A DNA stretch of 64,000 bases from Thermovirgaceae bacterium. Lineage in GTDB: Bacteria; Synergistota; Synergistia; Synergistales; Thermovirgaceae. Below are positions 58,762 through 64,000 of this stretch, in pieces. How positions within the stretch are numbered: the stretch's first letter is position 1; each line of letters opens with the position of its first letter. The position numbers and the translations under genes are program-made. The stretch is taken from contig JAXGNU010000002.1 of assembly GCA_040767805.1 (NCBI GenBank), forward strand, positions 32,001 through 96,000, written 5' to 3'. The notes under the pieces are model-generated. The model did not search any database. It worked only from the letters and a program-made list of their open reading frames with translations, and had not been told where the DNA came from.

Positions 58762-60039
58762 TCACCGGCCTTTTTTGCTCCTCTCCCGTCGGTCGAGATG
58801 GGCCGGTTCGAGCGAGAGCAGGTCCCCCTCGAACAGCTTTATTAGCCCCTCCCTCGACAGCTTCCTCTGCCTGGCGGTGTACTCCTCCCAGTGGTAGAGG
58901 TCCTCGGGGTGGCTCTGGTTGTCGTCGGGTTCGGTGTAGACCGTGAGGACCCCCTCGTAGTTGCGCAGTATGACCTTACGGTCCGACTGGCTGACCACGT
59001 AATTGGGGCCGACGGGGATCTTGCCGCCCCCGCCGGGGGCGTCCACGATGAACAGCGGCTGGGCCATCCCGGTGGTATGGCCCCGCAGGTACTCTATGAT
59101 CTGGATGCCCTTGCCGACGCTGGTCCTGAAGTGTTCTATCCCTTCCGAGAGATCGCACTGGTAGATGTAGTAGGGGTTGACCCGTATCTTCAGCAGCCTC
59201 TGGCTCAGCTCCCTCATGAGGTAAGGGCAGTCGTTGATGCCCTTGAGGAGGACCGACTGGTTGCCCAGGGGCACCCCGGCGTCAGCCAGCCTCGCGCAAG
59301 CCTCGGTCGATTCCTTCGTGATCTCCTTCGGGTGGTTGAACTGGGTGTTGAGCCAGACGGGGTGGTACTTCCTGAGCATGGAACAAAGTTTGTCCGTAAT
59401 CCTCTGGGGGCATACGACGGGCATCCTGGTCCCCAGGCGGACGAAGTCCACGTGGGGTATCGACCGGAGTTCCGAGATGACCCACTCGAGCCTGTCGTCA
59501 TCGACGGTCAAGGGGTCCCCACCGGAGAGGAGCACGTCCCGGAAGGTCGGGGTCCTCCGGACGTACTCGATCCCTTTTTTGATCTGTTCATCGCCGTAAG
59601 CTTTATCGGTCTCCCCGGCGTGCCGCCTCCTGGTGCAGTGGCGGCAATACATGCTGCACTGGTCAGTGATGAGGAAGAGCCCCCGGTCGGGGTAGCGGTG
59701 GGTCAAGCCGGGGACGGGCGAGTCCACGTCCTCGTGAAGGGGGTCAAGAAGGTCGGCCTTGCCCAGCCTGGTCTCCTTTTCAGTGGGGACCGCCTGCATC
59801 CTGATGGGGCACCTCGGGTCGCCGGGGTCCATCAGCGACGCGAAATAAGGGGTAATGGCCATCCGGAGTTTCCCTAGGCTCCTACCTACAGACTCGGCCT
59901 CATCATCGTCGATGTCGATGACCTGCCTCAGCTGGTCGACCGTCACAATGCGGTTCGCGACCTGCCACTTCCAGTCATTCCACTCCTCGTCGGAAACCCC
60001 TTTCCACAGGGGCACCCCTTTCCTGTTTAGCGAGGGCAT
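58762..60039 (-). CDS. kamA: Lysine 2,3-aminomutase (radical SAM/PLP)
   Basis: WNDWKWQ, LTHRYPDR, CSMYCRHCTRRR, LSGGDPL, YQCD, DAPGGGGK, LRNYEG. Confidence 0.93.
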   Translation of the reverse strand: MPSLNRKGVPLWKGVSDEEWNDWKWQVANRIVTVDQLRQVIDIDDDEAESVGRSLGKLRMAITPYFASLMDPGDPRCPIRMQAVPTEKETRLGKADLLDPLHEDVDSPVPGLTHRYPDRGLFLITDQCSMYCRHCTRRRHAGETDKAYGDEQIKKGIEYVRRTPTFRDVLLSGGDPLTVDDDRLEWVISELRSIPHVDFVRLGTRMPVVCPQRITDKLCSMLRKYHPVWLNTQFNHPKEITKESTEACARLADAGVPLGNQSVLLKGINDCPYLMRELSQRLLKIRVNPYYIYQCDLSEGIEHFRTSVGKGIQIIEYLRGHTTGMAQPLFIVDAPGGGGKIPVGPNYVVSQSDRKVILRNYEGVLTVYTEPDDNQSHPEDLYHWEEYTARQRKLSREGLIKLFEGDLLSLEPAHLDRRERSKKGR

Positions 60040-60099
60040 GACCCCACCTCCTTGTAATAGGATAAAACACCGCATCAACCGTTACCGTTACGGGTTTTT

Positions 60100-60129
60100 A
60101 TGCTACACCCTGGTCTTGAAGGGTGTCAA
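60100..60129 (-). promoter_or_regulatory. kamA promoter with palindromic operator
   Basis: TTGACA-18-TAGCAT; ACACCCT-N8-AGGGTGT spans the spacer. Confidence 0.6.
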
Positions 60130-60165
60130 ATCACCCGGAATGCGCCCGGCAGGCTTCGGCAGGGG

Positions 60166-60195
60166 AAGAAAAGGCGGCGGGGAAACCCCGCCGCC
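60166..60195 (-). terminator. nhaC terminator
   Basis: GGCGGCGGGG/CCCCGCCGCC stem followed by TTTTCTT on the minus strand. Confidence 0.85.
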
Positions 60196-60224
60196 GTAAG
60201 GCAGCCGCTGCTTGCTGCTAAACG

Positions 60225-61739
60225 TTAATCCGCCGGCCTCTCCCTGGCTACCACGTCCGTGCCGTCCTTCTTCCTCCAGTAGATCCCTATCTTCATGTAG
60301 GACATGATTATGGACCCGATGGGGCTCATCCAGTTCAGGAAGGCGAAGGGAGCAAAAGCGAGGGTTGCCACACCCAGGACGCTGCTCATGTAGGCGCCGC
60401 AGGTGTTCCAGGGGACCAGGGCCGATGTCATGGTGCCGCTGTCCTCGCAGGCGCGGGAGAGCAACCTCGGGGCGAGCCCGGCCTCCTCGAAGGATACCTT
60501 GAACATCCTGCCCGGGATGACCAGTGCGAGGTACTGGTCCCCCAGGAAGAGGTTGGCTAGGAAGCAGGTGCCCACGACGGAAGCCACCAACCCGCCCACG
60601 GACTTGACCCGCTTCGTGACGGCGCCCACGATGGTCTCCAGGAAGCCGCAAGCCTCCATGGAGCCGCCGAAGAAGAGGGCGCAGAAGATCAGCGATATGG
60701 TCCACATCATCGAGTCGAGGCCGCCCCCTGTGACGAGATCGCTTACCATCTCGCCGACCTCTTGGGCCAACTCGGGAAGTATGTCCAGGTTGGCCTGGCT
60801 GAGCAGGTTCAGTAGGGCTTCGCCCTCGGCTCCGGCGATTTCTGCGGAAAAGGCGGCTTCATACCCGTAGTGGATGGCATTGACGATATCCCCCAAGCCG
60901 TTGCCCTGGGCGAAGGACATGATGGCGGCCATCAGGACGCCGGCAAAGAGGCCCGGGATGGCCGGGGTTTTCATCACGGCGAGCCCGATGACAAGGATGG
61001 GGGGGACGAAACCCAGGAGCCCGATGTTGAACTCAACCTTCATCATCTGCTGGAGGGCCGCGATCTTTTCTACATCCAGTACGCCCCCGGCGTACTTCAT
61101 CCCGAGGACGACGCAGATGACCATGACTATCACGTAGACCGGCACCGTCGACCAGATCATGGCCCTGATGTGGTCGAACAGGTTGGAGCCGGCCACGGCC
61201 GGGGCAAGGTTCGTGGTGTCCGAGAGGGGCGACAGCTTATCGCCGAGGTAAGCTCCCGAGACCACGATGCCGGCCGTCAACGGGGCAGGTATGCCGAGCC
61301 CGTAGGCTATACCCATGAGGGCTATGCCCACCGTGCCTGCCGTTGTCCAGGACGACCCCGTAGCGAGCGAAACGACGGAACAGATCAGTAGGGTGGCCAG
61401 CAGGAAGATCGACGGCGAAAGGATGGACAAGCCGTAGTAGATCAGGGTGGGCACAACCCCGCTCTGGATCCATATGCCGATGATCATACCTATGATCATA
61501 AGGATGACGATCGCCTGGAGGGCGATGGAAATGGCGTTAAGAGCGCCTTCCTCGATCTGGGACCACGGCATCTTGAGGACGGTCAGGCCTAGGACGCCGA
61601 CGAGAAGGGCGGAAAAGACGATGGGAACGTGGGCATCAACTTCCAGCCCGAGAACACCGTAACTGATGATGACGGCCGATACCACGAAAACAGCGACGGA
61701 AAGACCCAGACTGGGCTTAACCTGCTGTTTCTCCGACAT
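60225..61739 (-). CDS. nhaC: NhaC family transporter
   Basis: ATGSSWTT.GTVG, GDKLSPLSDTTN, EDSGT, LVPWN; many TMs. Confidence 0.93.
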   Translation of the reverse strand: MSEKQQVKPSLGLSVAVFVVSAVIISYGVLGLEVDAHVPIVFSALLVGVLGLTVLKMPWSQIEEGALNAISIALQAIVILMIIGMIIGIWIQSGVVPTLIYYGLSILSPSIFLLATLLICSVVSLATGSSWTTAGTVGIALMGIAYGLGIPAPLTAGIVVSGAYLGDKLSPLSDTTNLAPAVAGSNLFDHIRAMIWSTVPVYVIVMVICVVLGMKYAGGVLDVEKIAALQQMMKVEFNIGLLGFVPPILVIGLAVMKTPAIPGLFAGVLMAAIMSFAQGNGLGDIVNAIHYGYEAAFSAEIAGAEGEALLNLLSQANLDILPELAQEVGEMVSDLVTGGGLDSMMWTISLIFCALFFGGSMEACGFLETIVGAVTKRVKSVGGLVASVVGTCFLANLFLGDQYLALVIPGRMFKVSFEEAGLAPRLLSRACEDSGTMTSALVPWNTCGAYMSSVLGVATLAFAPFAFLNWMSPIGSIIMSYMKIGIYWRKKDGTDVVARERPAD

Positions 61740-62027
61740 GAAAAAAACCTCCTTCTCAAAGGATTAAAACTTGAATCCATGGTGACCCGAAGGAACCGTA
61801 GGAAAAAACGCCCAGCCCCACCTCCTCTCCGGGGAGACCGTTACGCGGGCGAGCCGCAACCGGTCCTTGCAGCGCCCGTGGGCGGTATCGGAAAACCCGT
61901 AATGCCGGATCCGCCCCCGCCTGAGGGACGGTTCACTTATGGAAAGTATCACAGTCTTCCGATAGACACAAGGTTATTATACATGATTTTTTTATTTTAA
62001 TCAGCGGCCCTCGCGGTGAAAGGAGCC

Positions 62028-63185
62028 TCAAGGCCGCCTTACGTTCAATACCCTCTTTATTGACTCAGTGTATTTTATCCTTCTCTTCCTGTGTTCCTCC
62101 ATAACGAAGCGATAAAGGGCGTCGTCATGGGCCAGTTTCTCCGCCGGCAGGACGCCCTTCTGTTTCACGAACCCTTGAGCGACGGCCCTGGCAAAGATGG
62201 CGCAGGAGCATCCCGTGCAGCGGCTCATGGAGGTATTCCAGGTCTTCTCATCGAAGTGGTCCAGCAGCCGCCAGGAGAGGGTCATTTCATCGGGGCCCTT
62301 GAAACCGTGCACGTCCACTTCCATGACGGTGAGGTCCCTATCGCCCTTCTCGGGCTCCATCTTCCACATGGGAAAGAGCAGATCCGCGGCGACCTCTAGG
62401 GGGACCACCTCCTTGCCCCCGAGGGTCCTGGGGGTCTCCTCGAAAAGGCCCATGGACCGCAGGAGCCTCATCTGCTCCACGTGACCGGGCCATCTCAGGG
62501 TCATCTCGCCGAGGTTCCTGGCCCTGATGTTCCTGGGCAGGCTCCTCAGGCCGTCGGTGTAAAAGGCCTCGAGGGTCCCCACGCCCGGGACGTCACGGAG
62601 GTGGAGCCCCGAGGTGGCTTCAACCAATTCCTGGCGGTAGTCCTTCACGATGGTCACGGGGCGGGTGAACTCCTCGATGCAGTCCTTGGGGGACCAGGTG
62701 ACCTGGTAGTTGAAAGGGGGAAAGGCCTTGGCGGGAATGCCCCCGACAAAGATGAAGGCGTCCTCCACCTCGTCGAGAAGCGAAGCCCCCCTCCCCATGA
62801 GGAAGTTAGACATCCCGGGGGCGACGCCCATGTCGGGTATGACGGTCACGCCCTTTTCCCTGGCGAGCCCGTCGAGTTCCTCGAAATCCTCCACCATGAA
62901 GGAGATGTCCACCAGGTTCTTCCCCAGGTTGATGACGGTCCTCATCATCTCGAAGCCAAAACGGCCCGGGACCCCCGCCGTCACTATATCGGCGTCCCCG
63001 AGCAGGGGGGCGAGGCGATCCGGGTCTGTGGCCGGCGCCAAGGCCGTCCTAACCCCGGGGCATTTCCTCTCCACTTCCCCGAGGGCGCCGGCGTCGAGGT
63101 CCACTACGGTCACCTCGAACTCCTTCATCATGTCCGCGGCTATCACCTGGCCCACGAGCCCCCCGCCGATCTGCACCGCCTTCAT
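62028..63185 (-). CDS. Saccharopine dehydrogenase / lysine 6-dehydrogenase family protein
   Basis: IGGGLVG Rossmann motif, DMGVAPG.SN, VGGIP, TWSP, LEAFYTDGL, TLRWPGH; upstream TTGAAT-17-TATACT. Confidence 0.88.
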   Translation of the reverse strand: MKAVQIGGGLVGQVIAADMMKEFEVTVVDLDAGALGEVERKCPGVRTALAPATDPDRLAPLLGDADIVTAGVPGRFGFEMMRTVINLGKNLVDISFMVEDFEELDGLAREKGVTVIPDMGVAPGMSNFLMGRGASLLDEVEDAFIFVGGIPAKAFPPFNYQVTWSPKDCIEEFTRPVTIVKDYRQELVEATSGLHLRDVPGVGTLEAFYTDGLRSLPRNIRARNLGEMTLRWPGHVEQMRLLRSMGLFEETPRTLGGKEVVPLEVAADLLFPMWKMEPEKGDRDLTVMEVDVHGFKGPDEMTLSWRLLDHFDEKTWNTSMSRCTGCSCAIFARAVAQGFVKQKGVLPAEKLAHDDALYRFVMEEHRKRRIKYTESIKRVLNVRRP

Positions 63186-63409
63186 CCCAATCACTCCTTT
63201 ATAAATGGCCGCTCTTTTCACATCGTTGTATGCATAAATTAGTATAGATGGCAACAAAAGAAGATTCAATTAATGGTGGATCGCCCCCGGCGGGGGGCTT
63301 CGGACAAGAGGCAGCCTTCCCGTCAGGGGCCGTAGTGCGCCCTTGTTTTTTCTCAACGCTTTGGTAAAGTATGTTAGCTCCAAGTGTACACGACGCGGGG
63401 GGTACTTTG

Positions 63410-63820
63410 ATGGACGACCTGGAAAGGCGTGTCGTCATCCTCAGCCTGGTGGCCAGGAAGGGCGACAACCCGGACCTGTGGGGTTACGCGAGGCTCCGCA
63501 AATCGATCCTGCTCCTCCAGGTCGAGGAGGACGTTCCCCTGGGTTTCGTCTTCGGCCTGGAGCGTGAAAGGCCGGTTTCCCCCGAATTACAGCTCTTCCT
63601 AGAAAGGATGCTCTACGACGGCTACCTGTTATCCGTGGAGACCCCCCAGGGTTTCAGGAGGGACCTCGGCGAAAAGGGCTTGGCTCTCCTCGAGGCCCAC
63701 CGGGGTATATCCAACCGGTACGCTTCCCAAGTGGAAAGGGTCTTTGAAAGGGTCAGGGACATGACCCTGACCGACCTGCGCATAGCGGCGAGGGGAGCTT
63801 TTCTCTCGAACCCTTCTTGA
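63410..63820 (+). CDS. Hypothetical winged-helix protein (weakly YwgA/DUF4065-like)
   Basis: G..RLRK.ILLLQ...PLGFVF...PVSPEL pattern. Confidence 0.55.
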   Translation: MDDLERRVVILSLVARKGDNPDLWGYARLRKSILLLQVEEDVPLGFVFGLERERPVSPELQLFLERMLYDGYLLSVETPQGFRRDLGEKGLALLEAHRGISNRYASQVERVFERVRDMTLTDLRIAARGAFLSNPS

Positions 63821-63845
63821 CCCCCTTCTCGAGGGTCGAAGCCAA

Positions 63846-64000
63846 TTAGAAGACCGAGTAATCAACGTTCTTTTTATCGCTCACGAACATGTGCCCCGGG
63901 GCGTGAGTGACGGCGAAGGGCGGCCTCGATGCCACCAGGACCGCCTGGGGCGTCACCCCGCACCCCCAGAAGACCGGCACCTCCCCCTCCCTTATTTCAA
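63846..64000 (-). CDS. DUF1445/UPF0317 putative hydro-lyase (D-glutamate cyclase-like), C-terminal part
   Basis: Translated from the window end: [15 protein letters not shown]...[11 protein letters not shown]...SVF*. Confidence 0.88.
   Translation of the reverse strand, partial: EIREGEVPVFWGCGVTPQAVLVASRPPFAVTHAPGHMFVSDKKNVDYSVF

Noticed and set aside
1..64000. CRISPR array, prophage, intron or intein
   Set aside because: No regularly spaced repeats, phage genes or unexplained insertions in conserved genes were seen.

Overview
A 64-kb, high-GC, mostly minus-strand stretch of core chromosome. Gene content and order suggest an anaerobic, amino-acid-fermenting bacterium, probably Synergistota (inference). 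Housekeeping blocks: mfd(partial)-pth-rplY-prs-glmU; racemase-cdaA-cdaR-glmM-galU-[glmS ribozyme]-glmS; dnaX-dnaE-mtrB-pyk-nudix-nfo; hutP-rpmE-thyX-DUF1385-prfA-prmC-trxB-pfkB; infC(ATA start)-rpmI-rplT, pheST, zapA, cvpA, mutS2. There are three tRNAs (Gln, Arg, Ala) and one decayed IS1595-family element inserted 24 bp upstream of an etfB-etfA-FAD oxidase operon. Also present are cadC-cadA and a solitary hutU. The least explained part is 52-63 kb: two tandem Ddl-like ATP-grasp ligases plus a GNAT behind a ~300-nt, highly structured leader I do not recognise, near a lysine 2,3-aminomutase lacking its C-terminal Zn-Cys motif, an NhaC transporter with an attenuator-like leader, and a lysine/saccharopine dehydrogenase. 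Both RNA-binding attenuator proteins TRAP and HutP occur without visible adjacent targets. All calls come from reading the sequence; no searches were run.
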